From an uncultured Verrucomicrobiae bacterium (GTDB lineage Bacteria > Verrucomicrobiota > Verrucomicrobiia > Opitutales > JABDGR01), in assembly GCA_963765205.1 (NCBI GenBank), contig CAVXVB010000002.1, positions 1 through 64,000 on the forward strand: a DNA stretch of 64,000 nucleotides, given 5' to 3'. Both the position numbers and the translations under genes were made by a program. This document shows, piece by piece, positions 9,652 to 21,020 of the stretch. The notes beneath the pieces were generated by a model. The model was not told the DNA's origin and made no database searches. It saw only the letters and a list, made by a program, of their open reading frames with translations. How positions within the stretch are numbered: the first letter of the stretch is position 1; each line of letters starts with the position of its first letter.

Positions 9652-12600
9652 TTAAATATCCGTGGGCGAGAGCCAGCGGACGGCGACGATGCGGAAGCGG
9701 CGGCCGAAGGTGGCATTGACGGGGGAGAGATTGGCATTGGGGCCATTGTAAGTGCCGAGGGCCGCGGGGTTGGGTGCGCCGTAACCGCTGGTGGTTGAGG
9801 GGTCGTTCAGGCTTTGCTGGTCGGTGGCGATGTAATCGGGCACGCGTTGCACGACCATTTCACACCAGGCGCGGGCGAGCACGGCACTGGGGTCTGCGGC
9901 GATGCTGCCAAGAATGTTGTTCTGATTGATGGTGTTGCTGAGGACTTCGCCATAGGTGCGGATGACAAATGTGTCGGACCGCGCGGAGAGGATGGGCGCG
10001 AGGGCCTCGAGAATATCCGCCTGGGTGAGCCAACCCGGCATGCCGACCAAGCGGCTGAAGGGGTCCGCCGAGCCGGCGGGATAGGCCGGGCCGGAAAATT
10101 CGCCGCCGTGGGCGGCGCCATTGCTGTCGGGGTAATAGGTGGCGATGGTGCCCGAGCCCTGGCCAGGCAGCAGCGAGGAATTAATGGTGGAGGTGGAGAA
10201 GCCGCCATTCATCTGGGCCACAGGGAAGGCATTCTGCGAAGGGAGCGTGCCGCCTTCCGCGGCGATATCTATGGCGGTTTGGATCGCGCCGGAAAGGGAA
10301 GTGGGGTCTTTATAAATCGCCACGTTGTTGCCGAGGGTGGCGTTGGGGGTCAGGCGCCGGTTGATAAATTGAGCGAGGGAGAGGAACGGGCCGCGATAAC
10401 GCACCTGTTCGACGATTTTGTCGGCGAGGCAGTCAATATCGAAATCGGTCAATTGGCGGAAGCCGGCGTAATCGGCGGGATTTTTCCCCGCGGTGCCACT
10501 GGCCATGTTAATGGCGGTGCTGACCGGGGCGCCGCTGGCCGTCTCCGCGGCAAGGTCGGGGAGGGGGTGTTGCGCGGGAAATAGGCGACGGGATTGCCGC
10601 TGGAGTCGGTGCCGGTGCCACTGGCGAGGGCGACTTTGCGCAGGGCGGAGAGGATGGCGCGCCAGGCTTCGACGGAGGTGGAGTTGATGTTGAAGGCGCC
10701 GTCAATCATCATGTAGCGCGCGGGGGCGTAGGCGCGGAACATGGTCAACCCGGTGGCGGGGTCCACCACGGCATTACCAGAACCATTCGTGCCGAGCATG
10801 GTGGCGGTGGGCACATAGCCGGCGGCGTATTTAAGGCGGTTGTTGGCGGGGATGACGGAGGGGCCGGTCTGGGAGAGGGTGGAGAAGAAGTAGCGGTCCC
10901 AGAGGGCGACGTTCATCAGGTAACTGATGTCGTAGGCGTTGGCGGGAGAGGCGGGGGTGAGGAGGGGTCCGGTGCCCGTATTCCCGCTGAGGCCGGCGCC
11001 GTTATTATACAAGGGTGTGGTCTGGTTGCTGTTGCTGGTGTTCCCGGCATTCGCGGGCGTCACGAGAACGGAGGAGGCCCAGCCGTTGGGATTCATGGTG
11101 GAATGGGCATCGCTTATTTTATGGGTCTGGACGCTGGCGGCGCGGGTCACGAAGAAGTCGGCATACGAATTGCCGATGGCGTTGCCGGGTTCATACCCGA
11201 CGGACACCCACAGATCGTCCGCGGTGACGTCGGCGTGCTGCAACTGGCCGAGGGAGAGAATGGGCACGTCGGGGATGCTTTGGCCGGTATTCGGATTGGT
11301 GATGACGGTGCCGGTGATATTGGCGGCCCGTTGCGGAATGCCGTAGAGCACGCAAAACTGCTGGCCTTGGGACTCGGTGTTATAGTTGCCGCCCAACGCA
11401 TAGCCCCAGGCGGTGTCGAAGGTGGCGTTGGCGCCGGGGGTGTGCGCGGTGTGGTCAAAAGAGGAATTGCTCCCGAGGCCGTTGGCAAAGGTGTCATAAC
11501 CCAGCGTGGGATTGACGGAGTCGTCATTGCCGGGGCCTTGGCTGAAAGTGCGCCCATAGGGCGGCAGGTTGATGAACCCTGTGGCGGCGGGCAACGTCTG
11601 GTTGGCACTGGTGGTGCCCGTGTTGAGGGGGACGAACGGCGGCAGATTCATATTGGCGGCGCGCAGGTTGTAATCATAATAGGTCCGGTAAGTCCCTTGC
11701 TGTCCGGGGTCGAACGTGCCGTTGATGCCGCCAGAGCCGTTGTCCTGTTGGAAAAGCACACTTTCGGTGGTATTGGGCGAGGCACCGGCCGGCGACGGAT
11801 TGTCAAAATTGCCGGGCAGCGACATGGCAAAGGCATAATCCGACAGGTAGGCGGGCATGAATCCTTGTGGCGAGCCAATGTATTGACGCCGATAGCCCTG
11901 ATACTCACCTTGCGAAGGGTTGTAGCCATTCACCGCTTGCGGATTGATGGAGCCGGCCATCGTAAACACATTGCCTGAGTCCGCGTAATAGCCGTCGCCG
12001 GTCAGGTCCAGATTTGTAATCGACTGCAACACATTCGTGCCGACGGCCGCCACGGCCCAGCTGGATCCGGAGGCACCGGCGCCAAACACCGTGCTATTGT
12101 TCACGGGGCTGGGGTTGAACAGGGCGCCGGCGGAGCTTGCAATGACACCCAAGACATCACTCTGTGTATTCTGGGGCGGCGTGAGGTCGTAGCGCAATTC
12201 GAGGGTCATCGCCACGGAACCAAACATGGTGGAAATGTAGCCATACTGGGGAGAAGGCCAGGGGTTGTTCGTAGCGTAAGTGGTTAATTGTGCGGTACTC
12301 GGATTGTTGCCCAGAACATTTCCCTTGGAAACCACCAAATCATAGTTTCCAGCGACGGGGGCGACGGTGGGAAGGAGCTGGATTTTAGATCCGGTGTTGA
12401 TGCCAGTGTCCCGCAATATATAAAGATTATCGCCAGCATTGATATTGGGGATTTTGGCCTGTAAGTTGATCGGGGCAATCTGGTTGCCCGACATGGTGAA
12501 GGAGAAGGCAGTGCCCGTGGTGCCATTGGCGGTGCCCACGGCTCCAACCACGTGAAAAGTCGAGTCGGATGGCGCCGCGTAGGGGGGGGTGGCAACCTTA

Positions 12601-14996
12601 AAATTGGCATCTTCGTTGAAATTCCCATCCAGGATGAAAACTTTGGCTTCGCCGGGTTGGAAAACCGCCGCGGATTGGGGAATGTGAAAGGCCATTTGGT
12701 CGAGCACCGAATTATACCGTTGGTTGGTGTTATCGCTGGTCGGGAAGATGAAGTTCGTGAAACTGACCGGGTTCTTCAGGAACGGGAAGTAGCCGGATTC
12801 CGGGACGGAAGTGCCCGAGTAGTCATTAAGGGTGCTCTTGGAATTGGCGGATTGCGAATAAAAGATGTCGCCGCCATAGGCGGCGTTTAAGGCGATGGTC
12901 GCATTGGCCCTATTTTGAGTGAGGTCATAGCCAAAGGGCAGGCCGACGCCCGAACCGTGTTGGTTTGACGGGGTGGGGACGGTGTTGCCGCCAGGGTTGC
13001 TGGCATTGATAACCGGGTTGCCATTGTTGCGATCCTGATTGCGCGCGGAGGGCGAAAAGCCCCATTCCCACTTGGTGTCGGTGTTGATGCGGTAGCCCAA
13101 GTCCAGGCCGCCGGGCGGGGCGGTGATGGGGAAGTTATAGGGGTTGGCGAGCACGAAGAGCGGTTGCACGGCAATGTATTGCTCGAAGAATTGGTCCGCG
13201 AAATTGCCGAAGCGCAGGCGTGCCTCGAGAATGACCGGGCTGATGCCCGCCTGGGTGCTGGTGGCGGAGCGCATCATGACGGCGGGCCGGCCACCGGTGG
13301 TGTTATTCCCCGCCAGGGCATAATAGGATTGCAGGACATCCCACTTCAATCCCGGTTGCTGCTGATGGGCCAAGTCGGGGGCTGCCGGGCCATGGAACTG
13401 GGAGTTGGAGCCGTCGGCATTGATCAACTGCTCGGAGGTGGCGGTGGCGCCGACCACATTGGGCTCGGTGGTGTTGCGGAAGAAGGTGGGGGCGCCGGTG
13501 GTGCCGGCGGGGATAATGGTGTGGCCGAACAGGCCGTTGCCGCCTAACCCAGAGTTGGTAGGGTCTTGGAAGACGAGGGTGGACGAGTTACCCGGCTCGA
13601 AGGCGGCGGTCAGGTCATAGCGCAGGCCGCCGCGGAGGGCATCGGCGAGCACTCCATAGGAGTAGGGGGTAAAGTCGTGGTAGTGAATTTGCAAGGTTTG
13701 CTCGGGCAGGCTGGCATTGGTGGCGCCCTGCACGGCCGGGAGGCTGGGGTCTATAAGGAGCATTTGGGACGGTTCCAGGATGTTGTTCAATTCGGTCGCC
13801 ATATTACCGCTATAGACCAAGGGGCTGCTGATGGCCGCCGAGCCGCCGCCGGGGAAATAGGAGGTCATGTTAAACATGCGCTCGATGCCGGTGCGCATGG
13901 GCGCATTGAAGCGGTAACGCGACAATTGGCCGTTGGTGCCGGCCGTCGTGGCGGTGGTTTGTCCGGCGTCGGGGTCCACGATATTGAATTTGGCCTTAAC
14001 GCCCTCGTCCTGCACAAACCAGGCGTAGCGGCCGCTGGTGACGGTGCCCGTGGTGGACTCCGCGGGTTCGAGGATGTTGACCACCGGCACCACGACCATG
14101 TTGTTGAGGGGGGTGAATTTATTGAAGATGGTTTGGGTTCCACCCGGGCCGGTCTCGACCGTAATTTTCTGATCATTGTTGGTGCCCGCGGAATTTGGCC
14201 CGACCAAGACCACGGCGGGCACCGCGGTTTGCACGGAATTGTTGATGGTGATGTCACTGGTCAAGGCATTCCAAGTGCTGGTATCCGGGCTGCCCTGGCT
14301 GACCAAGCCGCTGGTGTCGGAGCCAAAAGTCGGGTAGTTGCCACTCAATGCAGAAAGTGCTTCGACCACGCCGTTGCCGACTTTGCCGCCGACGTAGGTG
14401 TGGGCCATGAGCGGGGTGTTTTCGTCTCCGCTGACCAACCAGTTCATCAAGATCGGTTCCGGGGTGACTTTGCGGGAGCCGTTGAAATCCTGCGATTGCC
14501 CGGTGTAGAGGCCGAGAGGATTGGTGCCCTCGCCCCAGACGGCCGTCCAGTAACGGGTGCCGGCGCGGGTAAAGGCGGCGAGGGCGCCAAACGGCGCGGG
14601 CGTGGGCGAAACAGGCTTGGGCAACGCGCCATTGCCATTGATGCCAAAGCCGGCAAAGAAGCTGCCCGGGGCAAAGCCGTTGTCGGCGCCCGGTTCCTGG
14701 CCCACGGCGAAGCGGCCGAGGTCGGCGGTGGTGGTCACGCGTTGGTCCGGCCCGGCGAATTTTTGCAACTGGCCCAGGCCGATGTAGGCGGCGAGCAGGG
14801 CGTTTTGCTTGGCCTCGGTGTTATACAGGGTGGTCTTGGCCGCGCTGAGGTTCAACTGCACGAGGGTGGTGAGGGCGAGCACGAGCAGGAGCAGCAACGT
14901 CATCAGGCTGAGGGTGACAATGAGGGCGAAGCCGCGGCGGGTGCGGCGGGCGGCCTGGCCTAGCGGTCGGAGGAAAAGGGGGGGGGCAATGTTCAT
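9652..14996 (-). CDS. Giant (~1780 aa) PilX/GspK-like protein with pilin-type N-terminus, split by one frameshift near 10563
   Basis: RRG|FALIVTLSLMTLLLLLVLAL prepilin-like leader and GQLQKFAGPDQRVT. C-terminus RSDTFVIRTYG...ARAWCEMVVQR...FGRRFRIVAVRWL lies in ORF 9652-10506. One added base in the G run near 10563-10567 joins the frames. Confidence 0.75.
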
Positions 14997-15224
14997 GGCG
15001 GAGCGGCGGTTCAGGAAAGTCGTTTCAAATCGGGGAGGCGGAGAATGGGAGGGATGGGAAAGATGGGAAGAATGGGAATGGTGGAGAGTCAGGCGGTGCG
15101 TGGAGGTGGGCAATCTTGCATGTAGCCTTTTTATGGCTTCAGCAAGGATTTTCCACCCCGGAATCGGAGGGCGGCGGCGTGTATTTGGCCGTTATTGACC
15201 CCGGCGGGGAAATCGCGGGGGAGA

Positions 15225-17447
15225 TCAACCCCTTTTCCCGGACAGCAACGCGCTCAAACCGGTCTCATCGAGCACGGGGACGCCGAGGGCGCGGGCTTTG
15301 GCGAGTTTCGAGCCAGCTTCCTCACCGGCAATGACGTAATCAGTTTGCTTGCTGACGCTGCCGGCGACGTGGCCGCCGGCTTGTTCGATGAGGTGGGCGG
15401 CTTCTTCGCGTTTGAGGGTGGGCAGGGTTCCGGTGAGTACCAGGGTCTTGCCCATTAGCGGGCCGGGCGCGGTGGCGGACCGCAAATTGTCGCTGGCGGG
15501 GCGGATGCCCAAGGCCGCAAGCCGTTTCAGGAAGGCGCCCCCTTCGTCGGATGCAAAAAAAGCAATCACGCTGCGGCAGACGACGGGGCCGACTTCCTGG
15601 GAGATGTTTTGGCCGGCGAGTTGCGTTTCGAGGGCTTTCAATTCCATGTCAATTTTTTCGCATTCGTGTTCACGGTGCGCGCGCTCCGCGTCGTTTTTCG
15701 GCGGGTTTTTGCGCGAGCGCGGCGCGAGGGCGGCGCGGTGTTCCTCGAGGTCGCCTTCGCGGGCGATGGCGCGCAAAATTTCCGAATCGCGCACGGCCGC
15801 GAAATCGCGGTGGTGGCGCGCGATTTCCTTCGCTGTCACATCGCCGACGTTCGCAATCCCGAGGGCGTAGAGCCAGCGCGAGAGGGGGAGTTCCTTGGCG
15901 CGCTGGAGGGCTTCGATCACGCGGGTGGCGTTTTTTTCGCCGAAGACGCGCGGGTTTTCCTCGTCGCCGAGATTTAATTTGCCCAGTTCCGGGATGGTGA
16001 GCGTGAAGAGGTCGAGCGGGTCTTTGATGCGGCCGGTTTTGGTGAGGCTGTCGGCGACGATTTCGCCGAGGTCTTCGATATCGAGCGCCTTGCGCGTGCA
16101 GAAGAATTGGAGGCGGCGCGCCACTTGCGGCGGGCAGGCGGGGTTGGGGCAGCGCCAGGCGACTTCGCCGTCGGGCCGCACGGCTTTGGTGCCGCAGGCC
16201 GGGCATTTTTCAGGAAAGTGATAGGCGTGGCTGTGGGCGGGGCGTTTTTCCTTCACCACATGGACGACCGCGGGGATGACTTCGCCGGCTTTTTCGATGA
16301 CGACGGTGTCGCCGACGCGGATGTCCTTGCGGGCGATTTCGTCGGCGTTATGGAGCGTGGCGCGGCTGATGGTCGAGCCGGCGAGGAAGACGGGTTCCAA
16401 ATCCGCAACGGGGGCGAGGATGCCGGTGCGCCCGACTTGGATGATGATGCCGCGCAATTTGGTCTCGGCCTGTTCGGGGGCGAATTTGAAGGCCATGGCC
16501 CAGCGCGGGGCTTTGGACGTGGCTTCGGCGGCGCGCTGGCCGGCGAAGTCATCAAGTTTTACCACCGCGCCATCGGTGGCGTAGTCGAACTTATGGCGGA
16601 GTTGGTCGAGTTTCTGGATGCCGGCCCAGACCTCGTCCGCGCCCTGCGCGCGCCAAACGTTGTCTTTGGGGTGGGCAGGCAGGCCCCAATCACGCAAGTG
16701 TTGGTGCAATTCAAACTGCGTCGCGCAGGGGAGCGGCTCGCAAAAGCCGAGGCCGTAGAGGACAAGGCGCAAATGGCGGCGCGCGGCCTCACGCGGGTCG
16801 AGGAGTTTGGCGGTGCCGGCGGCGAGGTTGCGCGGGTTGGCATACAGGGGCAGGCCGGCCTCCTCGCGCTCGGCATTGATGCGGCGGAACTCGGCGGTGG
16901 TGAGGAAAATCTCGCCACGAATTTCCATGAGCACCGGGTGGCCGCGGCTGCGCAGTTCGAGCGGCAGCCCGCGCACGGTGCGCACGTTGGCGGATATATC
17001 GTCGCCCTCGACGCCGTTGCCGCGCGTCACCGCGCGGGTGAATTTTCCCTTTTCGTAAGTCAGACAGATGGCGAGGCCATCCACTTTCGGCTCAATGACG
17101 TAATCCAGTTCGCGGGTCGCGGGGGCGAAACCCTTGTCCACGAGGACGCGGCGCAGGCGCGTGTCAAAGTCGCGCAGTTCGTCCTGGCTGTAAGTGTTGT
17201 CGAGGCTGAGCATGGGCGCGCGGTGGCGCGCGCTGGCGAAGCCCTCGGTGCGGTCGTCGCCGACGGTTTGCGTGGGGGACGGGCCGGCCAGTTCGGGGTG
17301 GGCGCATTCGAGCGCCTCCAACTCCTTTTTGAGCAAGTCATACTCGAAGTCCGAAATTTCGGGCTGTGCTTTTTGATAATATAACTCATCATGGCGGGCG
17401 ATAGTCGCGCGCAAGAGGGCAATCCGGTCGGCGGGCGGGGCGGGCAT
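15225..17447 (-). CDS. ligA: NAD-dependent DNA ligase
   Basis: EPKVDG adenylation motif, Zn finger CPAC...CPNPAC, C-terminal BRCT. Confidence 0.96.
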   Translation of the reverse strand: MPAPPADRIALLRATIARHDELYYQKAQPEISDFEYDLLKKELEALECAHPELAGPSPTQTVGDDRTEGFASARHRAPMLSLDNTYSQDELRDFDTRLRRVLVDKGFAPATRELDYVIEPKVDGLAICLTYEKGKFTRAVTRGNGVEGDDISANVRTVRGLPLELRSRGHPVLMEIRGEIFLTTAEFRRINAEREEAGLPLYANPRNLAAGTAKLLDPREAARRHLRLVLYGLGFCEPLPCATQFELHQHLRDWGLPAHPKDNVWRAQGADEVWAGIQKLDQLRHKFDYATDGAVVKLDDFAGQRAAEATSKAPRWAMAFKFAPEQAETKLRGIIIQVGRTGILAPVADLEPVFLAGSTISRATLHNADEIARKDIRVGDTVVIEKAGEVIPAVVHVVKEKRPAHSHAYHFPEKCPACGTKAVRPDGEVAWRCPNPACPPQVARRLQFFCTRKALDIEDLGEIVADSLTKTGRIKDPLDLFTLTIPELGKLNLGDEENPRVFGEKNATRVIEALQRAKELPLSRWLYALGIANVGDVTAKEIARHHRDFAAVRDSEILRAIAREGDLEEHRAALAPRSRKNPPKNDAERAHREHECEKIDMELKALETQLAGQNISQEVGPVVCRSVIAFFASDEGGAFLKRLAALGIRPASDNLRSATAPGPLMGKTLVLTGTLPTLKREEAAHLIEQAGGHVAGSVSKQTDYVIAGEEAGSKLAKARALGVPVLDETGLSALLSGKRG

Positions 17448-17474
17448 GGCGGAGGGGCGCCGGGGCGGGGGCGG

Positions 17475-18782
17475 CTAGTGGGCGGACGGAATTATTTCCG
17501 GCGCGATTAGATTGAGGGTTTGTGTGGGGGTGGGTGCGGCGGTGGGCGTGGGGGGCGGGGCGGATTGGCCGTCGGCGCGCAGGAGGCGCAGGGGCATTTC
17601 GGTGTCGCCATCGTCCTTGATTTCATAGCGCCCCACGGCGCCGGTGTAAGTGTGCAGGGAAAGCAAACTGTCGCGGATTTTCAGCGGGTCGTTCGCGGCG
17701 GCCTGCGCGGCGGCGGCGGCGAGGGCGTGGACATTATCGTAGGCATAGGCGGCGGGCAGAGCGGGGTCTTCGCCGTATTTAGCATGGTAAAGATCGGCAA
17801 AAGCGCGTCCGGCCTCGGTGCTGCGGGGGTTGGCGGCGAAGTCGGGCAGCGGGTAGGCCGCGCTGGCGGCGAGGGCGCCCGAGACGGCCAGACCGCCAAG
17901 TCCGTTCACACTGGCATAACCGAAGACCATGCCCTGCCAGCCAACCGCATCGAAGGCCGTCATGATGGCGGGATATTCCGGCCCGACGCCAGCGAGGATG
18001 AGCGCGCCGCTGTTCACGCGCAGCATCGCCTTGGCGAGGAGGGCAAAATCGTGCTCGCCGGGGGCGTAGTCCTCAGTGGTCGTGTAGAGGTCGTGGTTGC
18101 CGCTGAACTGGAATTGCAAATACTGCTTGTGGCTGATGCCGGCCAAATCGTTTTGGTTCAGCACGGCCACGCGCGTCACGCCGGCGGCGTTGAGGTAGCC
18201 CACGATGGCGCGGGCCTCCTGGTCGCCGTTCAGATAAATGCGCACGCCGTTCTTGGGGGTCAATTTCGGGACGGTCACGTAATCGCAGAGGAAGCCGATC
18301 AACTGCGGGTAATTCGCCAGTTGATCCGCCATGGCGATGGCCAGCGGGCCGTCGCCAACGAGCAGCACGGCCTCACCGCGGTCGCGCAACCGCGCCAGCG
18401 CCGCCGCGCCGGCGTCCAGGTCGCCGCGGCTGTCGAGGATGTCGAGCTGGATGGGCTGGCCGTTGAGGCCGCCGGCGGAGTTGACCTCCGCGACGGCCAG
18501 GTCCAGCCCGTTTTGCATGGCGCGGCCCGAGGAGGCGCGCAGGCCGGTCAACGGCAACACCGCGCCAAGGCCGAAGGCGTGCGGGTCTTTCGGCGGAAGT
18601 TTTTCGAACGGCGGGCTGCTGGATTCCGGCGCGGGGCGCGCGCCAAACAAATCCGGCTCAGTGCTCGACTGCGCGTTCAGGTTGCTGGCGTAGTTCTCGA
18701 GGGACTGACAACCCGTCCCAAGCATGGCGAAGGCAGCACAAACGCAGGCGAGCAAGGATCGGTTAAATCGCGGATTCGGCAT
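17475..18782 (-). CDS. LivJ/LivK-type ABC substrate-binding lipoprotein
   Basis: Lipobox GTGC, GAVLPLTG, AVAEVNSAGGLNG, AAYAYD. Confidence 0.8.
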   Translation of the reverse strand: MPNPRFNRSLLACVCAAFAMLGTGCQSLENYASNLNAQSSTEPDLFGARPAPESSSPPFEKLPPKDPHAFGLGAVLPLTGLRASSGRAMQNGLDLAVAEVNSAGGLNGQPIQLDILDSRGDLDAGAAALARLRDRGEAVLLVGDGPLAIAMADQLANYPQLIGFLCDYVTVPKLTPKNGVRIYLNGDQEARAIVGYLNAAGVTRVAVLNQNDLAGISHKQYLQFQFSGNHDLYTTTEDYAPGEHDFALLAKAMLRVNSGALILAGVGPEYPAIMTAFDAVGWQGMVFGYASVNGLGGLAVSGALAASAAYPLPDFAANPRSTEAGRAFADLYHAKYGEDPALPAAYAYDNVHALAAAAAQAAANDPLKIRDSLLSLHTYTGAVGRYEIKDDGDTEMPLRLLRADGQSAPPPTPTAAPTPTQTLNLIAPEIIPSAH

Positions 18783-18831
18783 GAAACCAGTTGGCCCGTT
18801 CCGGGCGGTGCTGTCAAGAATTCGGCGCGGC

Positions 18832-19836
18832 TTAAGTTAACTCACGTTTTTCCCATCCGCGCAGGGTTTGTCCAAACAAGAGGTAGTCTGTATCCGGGCA
18901 AAAGTTTCGCCGGGCTGGAAGCAGAATTTGGTCGCGCAATGTAGACTTAAACAATTCCACCCCACCATCCCATCCTAACGATTTAAGCTCACCCAGGCGA
19001 TTCTCATTCAAAACGACGGTGTAATCTCTGCGAATGCCAACCAGCCCTTGGTCAAAGGCGCGATGATGAATGGCGGTTAAGCAAATGCCATTTTTGGTTT
19101 CATCGGTGCCGCGCGCATGTTCAACGGGAATCAGATGCGCGGCATCCAGCAGATTCAGTTGAATGCCACTCATGGCACAACGAAAATCGTAAGCCTGCAG
19201 GACATTTCTGCGAAAACGTTGATCGCGGACCTTGCGTTGAATTTGCTGCAACACGATGCGGCGAGGACCGGGTGGTATGTCCTGGATTTTTTCTTCGGTT
19301 GGCTCATCGGTAATCGCCGCCAGGACTTTGAGGTCTTTGGCATGGCGGGCAATGCCATGAAGGTTTTCCAGTTCCTGCACATAGGTTGCAAAAAAATCGG
19401 GGCGAAAAGCGATCGCGATTTCGTGATTACCCCGTGATTGGGCGCTGAATCCAGGTTCTGCCGCCGCCATAATTGTCTCTCGCCGGATTTGAAACGAAGG
19501 CGACCGCCCCTGCATCGAAATGAGATGTTTGGTGACGTCGAAGCCCGCAAACATATGCTGGTCTTCCGCCCAGCCCAGCACCAATGTTTTAGCCCCAAGT
19601 GCGATTTGAAAGCGATCAACGCCAGTGACTTGGATGCGCAACTCGTTGGAATCTCTGGGGTAGCCGCCGTGGGTTAAATTCCAAATATAACAAAAAACAG
19701 TTTGCCGGACTTCCCCCTGGAATAACACCAGCCGAAAGGGGTGGGTCTCGGATAATACAAGGCAGCCCCATCCGGACAGGCGGATTCCTTGCAGGATCCG
19801 ATTAAGCAACGCTCTTTTGGAAAGTGGGCTGGGCAT
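18832..19836 (-). CDS. HNH endonuclease (putative restriction enzyme) with uncharacterised N-terminal domain
   Basis: RDQRFRRNVLQAYDFRCAMSG...LDAAHLIP...NGICLTAIHHRAFDQG. Directly downstream of the MTase. Confidence 0.85.
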   Translation of the reverse strand: MPSPLSKRALLNRILQGIRLSGWGCLVLSETHPFRLVLFQGEVRQTVFCYIWNLTHGGYPRDSNELRIQVTGVDRFQIALGAKTLVLGWAEDQHMFAGFDVTKHLISMQGRSPSFQIRRETIMAAAEPGFSAQSRGNHEIAIAFRPDFFATYVQELENLHGIARHAKDLKVLAAITDEPTEEKIQDIPPGPRRIVLQQIQRKVRDQRFRRNVLQAYDFRCAMSGIQLNLLDAAHLIPVEHARGTDETKNGICLTAIHHRAFDQGLVGIRRDYTVVLNENRLGELKSLGWDGGVELFKSTLRDQILLPARRNFCPDTDYLLFGQTLRGWEKRELT

Positions 19837-19846
19837 AGCACAAAAG

Positions 19847-20983
19847 TCATTTTTTATTAGGACGAGTTCCTCGACGCAGCGGTGATTCTTTGGTTTCCAG
19901 GAGCGCCATTTGGCCAATTTCGACGGGCGGCGATCTCGGCACGAAATTTGGTTTCATTTTGGTCATTTCCCGCTTGGCTCCTCCGTCCGGACGCAAAGGC
20001 ACCAGATCCGCCCCATTGCGATGCAACCCGGGCTTAAATGCCTTATAATAATCGTCTTGTTGATTGGCGCTGGCGCGAGCAGATGCATACTCAATGGGCT
20101 GAAAGCGTCCAATTGCTCCTTTCACGTAATCTTCCACAAGTTCACAACAAATCCAGTTCCGCAAATTTCGTTCGGCGGCTTCACCGGTCATGCAGCTGCC
20201 ACCGAACGGATCCACCACTAAGTCGCCTTCATCGGTCAATAGCCGGATAAAAAATTCGGGCAGCTCGACTGGAAATCGTGCGGGATGGGGCTTGAGGTTG
20301 TGCGCCGCACAGTAGCGAATATAGGAGGAATTGCTTTCGGTATGGGCGAGGGCAATTAGATTGGGTGGGATGGAGGCGCCGTTATTGGCGCCGAACTTAT
20401 CCGAGATGTCATGGCCGGATGGCCGCAAACGCGGTTTATAGCCCTTTTCCAGCAACACCTTCATGCTGTCCGAATAGGGCTGGAGGATCCGACGGTTGCT
20501 GGCTTTGGGCCAAGGAGTAGGCGATAGCCACCAGACACAATTAACCGCATCCTTCACGCGAATGCGGCGAACGGTAACCCATTCTGCGGGGGTTGGCAAG
20601 CGAGCCGGGTTCCACCAGAAAAATTCTTGAGCCAAATGAAAGCCAAATTCACGGCAGAGCATGATCAGCAACTCGAAGTGATAAAGACTGCGGGTGGGTT
20701 GGCCCGAGATCCAAGCGCCGCCAATGTCAATGACGAGCGAGCCGTGGGGCTTTAGGGCGCGGCGAAAGGCCTCTGCGAAGGGCTTAAACCATTCAAGGTA
20801 ATCGTGGGCATCCGCATTGCCGTAGTCTTTTTTTCGAACCAGCCCAAACGGGGGGCTGGTCATGATCAGGTCTACCTAGTTATTCGCCACCTCGTCTTGG
20901 AACAGTGTCAAGGAGTCGCCACAGTATATTTTCCCGAGGCGAGTTTTATGACGTAGAATGCAACGTGTGGTCATGCTGTTCAT
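19847..20983 (-). pseudogene. Beta-class N4-cytosine DNA methyltransferase (M.PvuII-like) with in-frame TAG at codon 36
   Basis: TSPPF, HPARFP, DPFGGS. Upstream in frame reads MNSMTTRCILRHKTRLGKIYCGDSLTLFQDEVANN*VDLIMTSPPF, with TAG at 20876-20878. Confidence 0.85.
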
Positions 20984-21020
20984 TTAATCACTAATGAATT
21001 CTGGAGATGAAGCAATACAA

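Noticed and set aside
20876..20878. TAG recoding (pyrrolysine or alternative code) in the MTase
   Set aside because: TAG ends other genes normally in this window (e.g. 17475, 25130, 43380) and no pyl genes are present.
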